Counted from the stretch's first letter, positions 1 through 8,527 are shown. The stretch is DNA of 32,000 nucleotides from Cereibacter sphaeroides 2.4.1 (GCF_000012905.2 NC_007493.2:2310001-2342000); one strand, 5' to 3'. The notes: generated by a model not told the origin, from the sequence alone. Program-made: numbers and translations.

Positions 1-287
1 TGGTTCTCGAAGTCGAAGCGCGGCAGCGTGTCGTCGGGCTGTGGTTGAAGGAAGACCGCCTCGATCCGGCCCTCGGCATGGGCGCGCAGCTGCGGCATCC
101 GCCCCCGGTCGAGCAGGTTCGCCACGAGCCCGGTGATGAAGACCGTCTTGCCGGCCCGCGACAGGCCGGTGACACCGACCCGGATCACCGGCTCGAAGAA
201 GGTTTCGGAGACGGTGCTGACGGCGCCCTCGATGCCGCGCGCCACACCGTCGGTCAGTCTGCGGAAAACCACGCGCCTGCCTCTCAT
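1..287 (-). CDS. YcjX-like P-loop ATPase, N-terminal fragment (gene continues past window start)
   Basis: Reverse-strand ATG at 287-285. My translation is MRGRRVVFRRLTDGVARGIEGAVSTVSETFFEPVIRVGVTGLSRAGKTVFITGLVANLL... It carries the VTGLSRxGKTxFIT Walker-A block typical of YcjX/DUF463 proteins. The listed + ORF 45-329 is its antisense shadow. Confidence 0.7.
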   Translation of the reverse strand, partial: MRGRRVVFRRLTDGVARGIEGAVSTVSETFFEPVIRVGVTGLSRAGKTVFITGLVANLLDRGRMPQLRAHAEGRIEAVFLQPQPDDTLPRFDFEN

Positions 288-513
288 TGTGCCGCTCTCA
301 GGATAGGCGGCCCTTGCCCATGGATGTAGGCGCGCCGGGCCGCTGTGCCAACAGGCCGCAGCGGAAGTGCCCGGAGGTGGCCGCCGAGGGGCCGCGATGC
401 TTCCCCTCCCGGCCCGCGCCGCAACCCCGACCCCTCGCCCCCGCCATTCGCGCTTCGTGAATGGCGGGCCTCGCCCGCTTGGCAGCGCGGGGCTTGAATG
501 CTAGGGGGCCGTC

Positions 514-1281
514 ATGCCGAGATATGCGCTCAGGATCGAATATGACGGGGGCCCCTTCGCGGGCTGGCAGCGGCAGGCCGCGCAGGCCTCCGTGCAGGGG
601 GCGATCGAGACGGCGCTCGGCAGGCTCGAGCCCGGCCCCCACACGATCGCCGCGGCGGGGCGGACCGACACCGGCGTCCATGCGAGCGGACAGGTCGCCC
701 ATTGCGACCTTGTCAGGGAGTGGGATCCGTTCCGCCTCGCGGGGGCGCTGAATGCGCATCTGAAGCCCCTGCCCGTCGCCATCGTCGCCGCAGCACGGGT
801 GCCGGAGGAGTTCCACGCCCGCTTTTCGGCCGTCGAGCGGCGCTATCTCTTCCGGCTGCTCGCGCGCCGTGCGCCCGAGGTCCACGACCGCGGCCGGGTC
901 TGGCGCGTGCCCCATCCGCTCGATCCGGAGGCGATGCGCGCGGGCGCGGCCCATCTGGTGGGACGGCACGATTTCACCACCTTCCGCGCCGCGGGCTGTC
1001 AGGCCGCCTCGCCGGTCAAGACGCTCGACGCGCTCACGCTCGAGACAGTGGAGGGGATGAACGGCACCGAATACCGCTTCCACCTGCGCGCGCGGAGCTT
1101 CCTGCACAATCAGGTCCGCTCCATCGTGGGCACGCTCGAACGTGTGGGCGCGGGCGCATGGACGCCCGATCAGGTGCGCGAGGCTCTGGACGCCCGCGAC
1201 CGCGCCGCCTGCGGGCCGGTCAGCCCGCCGCAGGGGCTCTATCTGACCGGCGTGGGCTATCCGGCCGACCCGTTCGCCTGA
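514..1281 (+). CDS. truA: tRNA pseudouridine(38-40) synthase TruA
   Basis: ATG at 514 preceded by AGGGGG. The 255-aa product starts [21 protein letters not shown] and has the catalytic GRTDTGVHA motif and a typical TruA length. Confidence 0.95.
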   Translation: MPRYALRIEYDGGPFAGWQRQAAQASVQGAIETALGRLEPGPHTIAAAGRTDTGVHASGQVAHCDLVREWDPFRLAGALNAHLKPLPVAIVAAARVPEEFHARFSAVERRYLFRLLARRAPEVHDRGRVWRVPHPLDPEAMRAGAAHLVGRHDFTTFRAAGCQAASPVKTLDALTLETVEGMNGTEYRFHLRARSFLHNQVRSIVGTLERVGAGAWTPDQVREALDARDRAACGPVSPPQGLYLTGVGYPADPFA

Positions 1282-1482
1282 GGCGCGACGGTCCGAGCCT
1301 TTCCCCCTGCCCGCAGACCTCAAGCCTCCCGGGCGGCCAGCCCGATCCGCCGCGGGCGGTTCGGTGGCACCAGGGATAGGGGGGAAAGCTGCTCGGGTCT
1401 CGCCGGGCGCTGCCCGCCGCCCGGCGCGCCTTGCGCAGGCCGGCGGTCCGGGTGGGCACCGCGTCGGACGCCCGCCGACCGC

Positions 1483-3570
1483 TCAGGCGTCGGTCAGATG
1501 CGGCTCGTTCAGGTCCTTGAGCAGCCGTCCGTGCCGGCGCACCTCCGAGAGCACGGCGCCGAAGGTCTCGAACCCCCGCCCCTGCAGCATCGGCAGCAGC
1601 TTGAGGAAGGCATCCGCCGTGGCCACCGTGTCGCCGATGGCCGTGTGCCGCGCCTCCTCGGGGATGGTGATACCGAGCCGGTGGGTCAGCGCGTCGAGAC
1701 TGTGCACGTCGCTCTGCCCGAAGAGCACCGCCGAGAGCAGCACGGTATCGAGGATCGGATTGTCGAAGCGGCGGCCGATCAGCGGCTCGGCCCGGCGCAG
1801 GAATTCCATGTCGAAGGGGGCGTTGTGGGCCACCAGCACCGCGCCCTCGGCGAACTTGTGGAAGCGGCGCCCCACCTCGACGATGTCGGGCGCCTCGGCC
1901 ACCATCGCATCGGTGATGCCATGGACCTCGGTCGAGGAGGGCGGGATCGGCCGGTGCGGATTGACCAGCGTGTCGAGCACCTCGGCCTCGACCCGGCGGC
2001 CGTTCACGATCCGCACCGCGGCGATCTGCACGATCTCGTCCTGCGAGGGCATGAGGCCCGTCGTCTCGGTATCGAAGACGACATAGGTCAGATCCTCGAG
2101 CCGCGCCTCGGCCACCTTCTCGTAGCGCGCCTTCGACAGAAGCTCGAAATCATAGACCACGGCGCGCGGAATGGGCCGCGGGCGGCGGCCCGTGCGGCGC
2201 GCGGTGCGCAGCGGCAGGCAGAGGGCGGAGGCGCCGGCCCCCGCGGGCTCGGGCCAGATCTCGGTCGTGTGGGTCGAAAGCACCGTGCGCCCCGTCACCT
2301 CGGGCACGCCCGGCTCGAGCGGCTCGCCGAGCCAGTCCTCGAGAAGGCCCACGGGCAGCGGCTCGCCGTGCCAGACGAGCCGCAGCATGGCCTCGGTGCC
2401 GTCCTCGGTCAGGGTCACGCGGAAATCGTGGCCGGTGCGCCGGGCCGCCACCCGGGCGGCCAGCGTCGCCACGAGGCCGATCACCTCGAAGCCGTTGCAG
2501 CGCAGGAGGAGCGGCGCCTCGCCGATCTCGGCCGAGAGGCCCGCCTGCTCCATCCGGGCGTGCAGCCCGTCGAGCAGGTCCGAGGCGCGCGTGAGCGACA
2601 GCGGCCAGCCGTCGTGGCGGCTCTCGTCGTGGCGCGCGCCGAGTTCGGTCACGGCGGCGGCGAGACCCGCCGCCTCCTGCCGCAGCGCGCGGTCCATGTC
2701 AGGGGGCGGGCAGCTGCCGGGCGGCAGCACCTCGAACAGCGTCTGGAGGTTCGCCGCCGGCCGCCGGATCCGGTCGAAGACCTCGGCCAGCAGCGCCTCG
2801 CGCCGGGCGTAGGAGGCCAGCGCCGAGGTCACGTCGCGCAGCGTGAGCACATAGCCGGGCTTCGTCGTCTCGCCCCCGATCAGCCGCATCCGCGCGGCCA
2901 GCACCCGCGCCCCCACGACCGTGGTGCAGAGGATGTCCGAGGCCGCATCGGGATCGCCCGCCTCGATCAGCCGCCGGTGCGCATGGCGGATCGGCCCGTC
3001 GCGCAGATAGTCGAAGAGGTTGCGGTCGAGCCCCGGCGCGCCGGCCGTATTCATCAGGTCGGTCGCGGGGCCGTTGTAGAAGACGAGCTGATGGTCGCCC
3101 GAGCAGAGCAGCAGCCCCACCGGCACGTCCGACAGAAGCGCCTCGAGCCGCGCCTTCTCCGAGGACAGCCGCGAGGTCTCGCGCGCCACCGACTCGGCCA
3201 GCGCGTCGCGCGTCTCGGCGAGGGTGAGGGCGGTCGCCGAGGCGGCCGGCGCCAGATCGCCCAGATAGCGGGCGGTCGGCTCCTCGATGCCGCCGTCGAT
3301 GCGGGCATGGGCGCGGGCGCGCAGCTTCGAGGCCAGCCGGATGATCGGCAGCGCCACATTGGCGTCGAAGAGATACCAGATCCAGGTGACGAGCCCGAGG
3401 ATCACGAGCCCCGCGACGAGACCCACCTGCTCGAAGGCGGGCAGAAGCTCGGGGGCGTCGAGGCGCCGGTAGGCGAGGAAGAGCCCGATCGCCACCGCCA
3501 CATTCGCCCCGCCCGCGAGCGCCGCGAAGAAGAGCAGGATCCGCACGCGCAGGTTGAGGCGGTCGAGCAT
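1483..3570 (-). CDS. Membrane sensor protein: 2 TM + HAMP-like + PAS-like + degenerate histidine-kinase core fused to C-terminal DEDDh 3'-5' exonuclease (DnaQ/epsilon-like)
   Basis: 695-aa ORF with ATG at 3570, 3 nt after the upstream stop. N-terminal hydrophobic helices are ILLFFAALAGGANVAVAIGLFLA and VGLVAGLVILGLVTWIWYLF. The exonuclease motifs are VVFDTETTGL (ExoI), VAHNAPFDMEFL (ExoII) and HTAIGDTVATADAF (ExoIII, H-x4-D). The central region resembles DHp plus HATPase domains but lacks their key residues. Confidence 0.85.
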   Translation of the reverse strand: MLDRLNLRVRILLFFAALAGGANVAVAIGLFLAYRRLDAPELLPAFEQVGLVAGLVILGLVTWIWYLFDANVALPIIRLASKLRARAHARIDGGIEEPTARYLGDLAPAASATALTLAETRDALAESVARETSRLSSEKARLEALLSDVPVGLLLCSGDHQLVFYNGPATDLMNTAGAPGLDRNLFDYLRDGPIRHAHRRLIEAGDPDAASDILCTTVVGARVLAARMRLIGGETTKPGYVLTLRDVTSALASYARREALLAEVFDRIRRPAANLQTLFEVLPPGSCPPPDMDRALRQEAAGLAAAVTELGARHDESRHDGWPLSLTRASDLLDGLHARMEQAGLSAEIGEAPLLLRCNGFEVIGLVATLAARVAARRTGHDFRVTLTEDGTEAMLRLVWHGEPLPVGLLEDWLGEPLEPGVPEVTGRTVLSTHTTEIWPEPAGAGASALCLPLRTARRTGRRPRPIPRAVVYDFELLSKARYEKVAEARLEDLTYVVFDTETTGLMPSQDEIVQIAAVRIVNGRRVEAEVLDTLVNPHRPIPPSSTEVHGITDAMVAEAPDIVEVGRRFHKFAEGAVLVAHNAPFDMEFLRRAEPLIGRRFDNPILDTVLLSAVLFGQSDVHSLDALTHRLGITIPEEARHTAIGDTVATADAFLKLLPMLQGRGFETFGAVLSEVRRHGRLLKDLNEPHLTDA

Positions 3571-3573
3571 GGC

Positions 3574-3963
3574 TCAGCCCCCCTCGCCCAGCAGCCGGCG
3601 CACCTCCTCGCGCAGGGCCTTCAGCTCGAACGGTTTCGAGATGAAGCCGTCGGCCCCGAGCGCGAGCCCCTTCTTGCGCTCGATGGCCGAGCCGCGGGCC
3701 GTCATCATCAGGATCTTGACGTGGGCGAGCGTCGGATCGAGCCGCACGCCCTGACAGATCTCGTAGCCGGAGACCTCGGGCAGCATCACGTCGAGCAGCA
3801 CGAGATCGGGATGGGTCGAGCGGATGCGGCCCAGCGCCTCCGCGCCGCTGGCCACCCGGTCGTGCTCGTAGCCTTCGCGCGTAATCAGATAGTCGAGCGC
3901 GATGGCGATATTGTCCTCGTCCTCCACAACGAGGATCCGGCGCTTTCTGGCTCCATCGGCCAT
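3574..3963 (-). CDS. Stand-alone response-regulator receiver (CheY-like)
   Basis: 129 aa with ATG at 3963, 1 nt after the upstream stop, and a GGGAGGGG Shine-Dalgarno. The acidic pocket is VVEDED, the phospho-acceptor context is LVLLDVMLP, and MMTARG (Thr) and SKPF (Lys) are present. There is no output domain. Confidence 0.9.
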   Translation of the reverse strand: MADGARKRRILVVEDEDNIAIALDYLITREGYEHDRVASGAEALGRIRSTHPDLVLLDVMLPEVSGYEICQGVRLDPTLAHVKILMMTARGSAIERKKGLALGADGFISKPFELKALREEVRRLLGEGG

Positions 3964-3964
3964 G

Positions 3965-4486
3965 TCACCCCTCCCTGCAGGCCGCCTTCAGCAGTTCGTC
4001 CTCCTCCCCGACCGGCGACCAGCCGGTGCCGGTGAGGGTGCCGTCGGGCCGGAGTTCCGACCCGGTCTCGAGATTCGCCGTGCGCCGGCCTCCGCAGTCG
4101 AAGGCCATGGGAACGCGCTGGGTGTTGTGCCAGCGCTGAACCACCACCACGTCGGCCCGCCGGATGCCCGGATCGCTCTCCGACCGGAGCAGCCCGGTGC
4201 GGTCGAGCGCCATGAAGCGCGTGGTGACCGGAAAGAGCATCGTCCAGGGCCGGAGGCCCACGCGGTCCTCGGGCGTCGAGATCATCACGACCTCGGCCGG
4301 CAGCGCCGCGGCGACGCGCGGATACCAGGTGTATTCGTTCCAGATCGAGAAGAAGAGCATCCCCGCCCCCGCCGCGATCGGCACGATCCATTTCGGCAGC
4401 CGCCGGCGGCTGAGGAGGCGCAGGAGCAGCGCGATCCCGGCAAGACCGGCTCCGGCGGCGAGGGTGGCGAGGAGGTCCATGACCAT
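3965..4486 (-). CDS. Hypothetical membrane protein (two N-terminal TM helices plus about 110-aa soluble domain)
   Basis: 173-aa ORF with strong third-position G/C bias on hand translation. It is tightly packed between the NTase gene (10-nt gap) and the receiver gene (1-nt gap). TM segments are LLATLAAGAGLAGIALLLRLL and IVPIAAGAGMLFFSIW. I recognise no family. Confidence 0.7.
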   Translation of the reverse strand: MVMDLLATLAAGAGLAGIALLLRLLSRRRLPKWIVPIAAGAGMLFFSIWNEYTWYPRVAAALPAEVVMISTPEDRVGLRPWTMLFPVTTRFMALDRTGLLRSESDPGIRRADVVVVQRWHNTQRVPMAFDCGGRRTANLETGSELRPDGTLTGTGWSPVGEEDELLKAACREG

Positions 4487-4496
4487 GGCGGGGCCT

Positions 4497-6317
4497 TCAG
4501 GTGCGCGCGCCGCGGGCAGAGCCCAGCGCGGATTGCATGGTGCGCACGACGACGAAGGCGTCGCGCAGGTGACTGCGCTCGAAATCCGACAGGTCCGAGG
4601 GGGCGAGGAAATTGTCCGGCGCGCGGCCCGACCGGATCAGCCGCGCCTGGTTTTCGAGCCGGATCTGGGCGATCATGTCATAGGCCTCGATCAGGTCGCG
4701 CGCGCCCGAGACCGAGATCACGCCCGCATTCTCGGCCGTGTGCAGCCGGGCGCGCGTGTTCACGGCGCCGAGCTCGCCGATCAGCGCATAGACGCGGCCG
4801 AGGTCGATCACCGGCACGACACCGTTGTGCTTGAGATCGATGTGGTTCTTGTGCTCGCCCGACCGGATGGTGGCGAAGCCGCGGATCAGCCCCAGCGGTG
4901 GCATGTGCTTCAGCGAATTCGCGATCATGTGCGCGACGAAGATCGAGTTCTTCGCGGCCATCCCCAGCGTGTCGGCCTGAAGCTCGTGGAACAGGCTCTC
5001 GTCGCCGCCGATGGGGCGCAGGTCGAACATGACCGACGACAGCATCTGCGCCATCGGGTCGGGCCGGTCGATCCAGCCGAGGAAATACTGCCGCCAGACC
5101 GCGAGCGGCTGCCGCCAGCGCGGGTTGGTGGCCATCATCTCGCCCGGGCAATAGACATAGCCGCAGGCGTCGAGCCCGTCCGAGACGAAGGCCGCGAGCG
5201 CGGAAAAATAGGGCTCGTCGGCCGGCAGCGTCTTGTCGGACAGGATCAGGCAATTGTCCTGATCCGAGACGCCGGTCTGCTCCTGCCGCCCCTGGCTGCC
5301 GCAGGCGCACCAGCAATAGGCCACCGGCGGCGGCCCGAGCTCGGCCTCGGCGAGCGCGAGCAGGCGGCGCGTCACCGTGTCGGAGATGTCGGTGATGAGC
5401 CGCGTGACCACCTCGTGCGAATTGTGCCCCGCCACGAGCTGCACGAGGAGCTTCGGGATCCGCGCCGTCACCGCCTTCAGTTCGTCGAGCGACTCGGCCG
5501 TGGCCGCATCGCGCACCAGCTGCGCCGATGAGACGGCCTGAAAGCGGGTGAGGTCGGTCTGGGTGATCATGCCGACGAGACGGCCCTCCTCGACCACCGG
5601 CAGATGGCCGATGCGCCGCTCGAGCATCACATGCAGGATGTCCGACCCCAGCGCCTCGGGCGCCAGCGCAATCGGGTCGCGGGTCATCACCTCGGCCACC
5701 GGGGTCGACGGATCGAGCCCAGTGGCCACGACCTTGTTCGTCATGTCGCGGGTGGTGACGATGCCGAGGAAGGCGCTGCCCTCGACCACGCCCAGCGACG
5801 AGACGCCCGCGTCGCGCATCTTCATGGCGGCGGCGCGGATCGTCTCGGCCGGGCCGCAGGTCACGGGCTTGCGCGCCATGAGGTCGGCCACCTTCTGCGT
5901 CGTGAGGTCGGAGGCGCGGTAGCCTTGCGTCCGCCGCCGGGTGAAGAACCGCTCGAAGGCCGGCGAGGCCGCGAAGAGCTGGCGGAATTCGTCGGCGGGC
6001 AGCATGAGCAGCACGCCCTCCGAGGTGGACTGCGCCGTGGTCGCGGCGCGGCCGTCGCGCATGAGGCCCCGTTCGCCGAAGGAGTTGCGCGGGCCCAGCA
6101 CCGAGATCACGTCGCCGGACGGCTCGAGGATCTCCACCCCGCCCCGCTTGACGAGATAGAGGCCAGTCAGCCGCTCGCCGTGACGGTAGATCGTCTCGCC
6201 GGCGGCGATCTCCCTGCGGCTGAAGCAGCCGGCGACACGCGCCAGCTCGTCCCGCGGCAGGCTGTCGTAGGGATGCACCGTCTCCAGAAAGCTCACGATG
6301 GTCTGCACGTCTTCCAT
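4497..6317 (-). CDS. cNMP-binding + tandem CBS + DUF294-type (GlnD-like, pol-beta fold) nucleotidyltransferase with DUF294_C-like substrate-binding domain
   Basis: The ORF track starts at a GTG at 6332. I prefer the ATG at 6317 (MEDVQTIVSF...), which has GAGGAG 4 nt upstream. The N-terminal cyclic-nucleotide-binding fold is GLYLVKRGGVEI...FGERGL. It is followed by two CBS repeats and the NTase signature CGSQGRQEQTGVSDQDN (G-S ... D-x-D). The C-terminal region is helical. Confidence 0.9.
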   Translation of the reverse strand: MEDVQTIVSFLETVHPYDSLPRDELARVAGCFSRREIAAGETIYRHGERLTGLYLVKRGGVEILEPSGDVISVLGPRNSFGERGLMRDGRAATTAQSTSEGVLLMLPADEFRQLFAASPAFERFFTRRRTQGYRASDLTTQKVADLMARKPVTCGPAETIRAAAMKMRDAGVSSLGVVEGSAFLGIVTTRDMTNKVVATGLDPSTPVAEVMTRDPIALAPEALGSDILHVMLERRIGHLPVVEEGRLVGMITQTDLTRFQAVSSAQLVRDAATAESLDELKAVTARIPKLLVQLVAGHNSHEVVTRLITDISDTVTRRLLALAEAELGPPPVAYCWCACGSQGRQEQTGVSDQDNCLILSDKTLPADEPYFSALAAFVSDGLDACGYVYCPGEMMATNPRWRQPLAVWRQYFLGWIDRPDPMAQMLSSVMFDLRPIGGDESLFHELQADTLGMAAKNSIFVAHMIANSLKHMPPLGLIRGFATIRSGEHKNHIDLKHNGVVPVIDLGRVYALIGELGAVNTRARLHTAENAGVISVSGARDLIEAYDMIAQIRLENQARLIRSGRAPDNFLAPSDLSDFERSHLRDAFVVVRTMQSALGSARGART

Positions 6318-6343
6318 GAGGCTCCTCGACACTGCACCGGATC

Positions 6344-6372
6344 GGCGCGCCCCCCTGCCCGGGGGACGCGCC
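6344..6372 (-). other. Intra-operon GC hairpin between symporter stop and NTase start
   Basis: GGCGCGCCCCCC (6344-6355) pairs with GGGGGACGCGCC (6361-6372). This gives 11 pairs plus one C.A mismatch and a 5-nt loop. No U-tract follows. Confidence 0.35.
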
Positions 6373-6380
6373 CTTGGCCC

Positions 6381-8198
6381 TCAGTGGGCCGTGGCCTTGC
6401 CGGCACCGCGCGGAATGCGGATGCTTTCGACCAGATCGACCACCTGACGCGGCGGAGCCTTCGTCACCGCCGAGACCCCGAAGGCCACGGCGAAGTTCAG
6501 GATGGCGCCGATGGTGCCGATCGACAGCGGCGAGATGCCGAAGAAGTAGTTGGCGGGAACGTCTTCATACATCGCGGTGCCGGGGATGAAGAACCAGCCC
6601 TTGTAGAGGAAGATGTAGACCGCGGTGAAGATCAGGCCGACGAGCATCCCGAGGATCGCGCCTTCCTTGTTCACGCGCTTCGAGAAGATCCCCATCATCA
6701 GCGCCGGGAAGATCGTCGCGGCGGCCAGACCGAAGGCCAGTGCCACCACCTGCGCGGCAAAGCCGGGCGGGTTGAGGCCGAGCCAGGTGGCGATCGCGAT
6801 CGCGCCGGTCATCGAGATCCGCGCGGCCAGAAGCTCGCCCTTCTCCGAGATGTTCGGGTTGATCGACCCCTTGATGAGGTCGTGCGAGATCGCAGACGAG
6901 ATGGCGAGCAGCAGGCCCGCCGCGGTCGAGAGGGCGGCAGCCAGCGCGCCGGCGGCCACGAGCGCGATCACCCAGCCCGGAAGGGCCGCGATCTCGGGGT
7001 TGGCGAGCACCATGATGTCGTTGTCGATCTTGGTGACTTCGTTGCCGGCCCAGCCGCGCTCGGCGGCCACCTCGGCCATCGCCGGGTTCTTGTCGTTGTA
7101 GTACTGGATCTTGCCGTCGCCGTTCAGGTCTTCCATCACGAGCAGGCCGGTCTGTTCCCAGGTCTTCACCCAGTTCAGGCGCGGATCGGTCTGGATCGCC
7201 TCGACCGAGATCGCATCGGCATCCAGCGCATTGCCCGTCACGGCGCCGGGCCACATGGTGGTGGTCAGGTTCAGGCGCGCCATCGAGCCCACGGCCGGAG
7301 CGACGGTATAGAGGAGCGCGATGAAGACGAGCGCCCAGCCGGCCGAGGAACGGGCGTCGGCCACCTTCGGCACGGTGAAGAAGCGGATGATGACGTGCGG
7401 CAGGCCCGCGGTGCCGATCATCAGCGACATGGTGAAGAGGAACATGTTCAGCATCGAGGGCGTATCGGCGGTGTAGGCGGTGAAGCCCAGTTCCGTGACC
7501 ACCTGGTCGAGCTTGGCGAGGAACGCCTGGTCGCCGCCCGCGGGCGCATAGTCGCCGATCAGGCCGAGCTGCGGCAGGAAGGCCCCCGTCAGCGCGAGCG
7601 AGATGAAGATCGCGGGGATCGTGTAGGCGATGATGAGCACGACATACTGGGCCACCTGCGTGTAGGTGATGCCCTTCATGCCGCCGAACACGGCATAGGC
7701 GAAGACGATCGCCGCGCCGATGTAGAGACCCATGTCGGTCGAGATCTCGAGGAAGCGCCCGAAGGTCACGCCCACGCCGCGCATCTGCCCGATCACATAG
7801 GTGATCGAGATGATGATGAGGCAGACCACCGCCAGAAGCCGGGCGCCGCCCGAATAGAAGCGGTCCCCGATGAATTCCGGCACGGTGAACTTGCCGAACT
7901 TGCGCAGGTAGGGCGCGAGCAGCAGGGCCAGAAGCACATAGCCGCCGGTCCAGCCCATGAGGAAGGCCGACTGGGTGTAGCCGCCGGCCGGGGCGAGCGC
8001 GATGATGCCCGCCATCGAGATGAAGGAGGCCGCCGACATCCAGTCCGCGCCCGTGGCCATGCCGTTCATGACCGGGTGCACGCCCTGACCGGCGGCATAG
8101 AACTCTGCGGTCGAACCCGCCCGGGCCCAGATCGCAATCCCGATGTAGATGGCAAAGGTGATGCCGACCACGATCAGGTTGAGAGTGAATTGATCCAT
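6381..8198 (-). CDS. Sodium:solute symporter (SSS family), VC_2705-like subfamily; probable acetate/monocarboxylate permease
   Basis: 605 aa with ATG at 8198. The N-terminus IAIWARAGSTAEFYAAGQGVHPVMNGMATGADWMSAASFISMAG is typical of ActP-like cation/acetate symporters. The protein is polytopic and hydrophobic throughout. It lies directly downstream of a DUF4212-type small subunit and acs. Confidence 0.9.
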   Translation of the reverse strand: MDQFTLNLIVVGITFAIYIGIAIWARAGSTAEFYAAGQGVHPVMNGMATGADWMSAASFISMAGIIALAPAGGYTQSAFLMGWTGGYVLLALLLAPYLRKFGKFTVPEFIGDRFYSGGARLLAVVCLIIISITYVIGQMRGVGVTFGRFLEISTDMGLYIGAAIVFAYAVFGGMKGITYTQVAQYVVLIIAYTIPAIFISLALTGAFLPQLGLIGDYAPAGGDQAFLAKLDQVVTELGFTAYTADTPSMLNMFLFTMSLMIGTAGLPHVIIRFFTVPKVADARSSAGWALVFIALLYTVAPAVGSMARLNLTTTMWPGAVTGNALDADAISVEAIQTDPRLNWVKTWEQTGLLVMEDLNGDGKIQYYNDKNPAMAEVAAERGWAGNEVTKIDNDIMVLANPEIAALPGWVIALVAAGALAAALSTAAGLLLAISSAISHDLIKGSINPNISEKGELLAARISMTGAIAIATWLGLNPPGFAAQVVALAFGLAAATIFPALMMGIFSKRVNKEGAILGMLVGLIFTAVYIFLYKGWFFIPGTAMYEDVPANYFFGISPLSIGTIGAILNFAVAFGVSAVTKAPPRQVVDLVESIRIPRGAGKATAH

Positions 8199-8213
8199 CC
8201 TGTGCGGCCCCCC

Positions 8214-8495
8214 TTACTCGTCCACGCCGTATTCACGGTCGAGCTTGTTCATCCGCCAGGCGTAGACGAAGATCAGCACGAGGAAGACGTAGATGGAGCC
8301 CTGCTGGGCGAACCAGAAGCCGAGGTCGGCCCCGCCCACCATGATGCCCTCGAGCGCGGGGCGCAGGATGATGCCCAGTCCGAACGAGCAGGCGAACCAG
8401 ATCGCCAGCGAGATGAGGATGATGCGGACGTTCGCCGACCAGTAGGCATTCGACGACGTCCGGTCTGATGTCACATGACCAGTTCTGTCCACCAT
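8214..8495 (-). CDS. DUF4212 putative solute:sodium symporter small subunit
   Basis: 93 aa with ATG at 8495 and a GGGAGGAA Shine-Dalgarno 5 nt upstream. The motif AYWSANVRIILISLAIWFACSFGLGI and the second helix match the small hydrophobic partner usually encoded just upstream of VC_2705-type symporters. Confidence 0.85.
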   Translation of the reverse strand: MVDRTGHVTSDRTSSNAYWSANVRIILISLAIWFACSFGLGIILRPALEGIMVGGADLGFWFAQQGSIYVFLVLIFVYAWRMNKLDREYGVDE

Positions 8496-8527
8496 TGGAC
8501 TTCCTCCCTGTAGGTTTCTTCTTCATG

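Noticed and set aside
1498-4035. 845-aa + strand ORF
   Set aside because: It is an antisense shadow of the sensor-exonuclease and receiver genes. The product is Arg/Gly/Pro/His-rich and low-complexity with no recognisable motif. The opposite strand encodes clear DEDDh and CheY domains.
5604-8468. 954-aa + strand ORF
   Set aside because: It is antisense to the NTase and symporter genes. The composition (R/G/D/H-rich) is typical of out-of-frame high-GC DNA, and no motifs are present.
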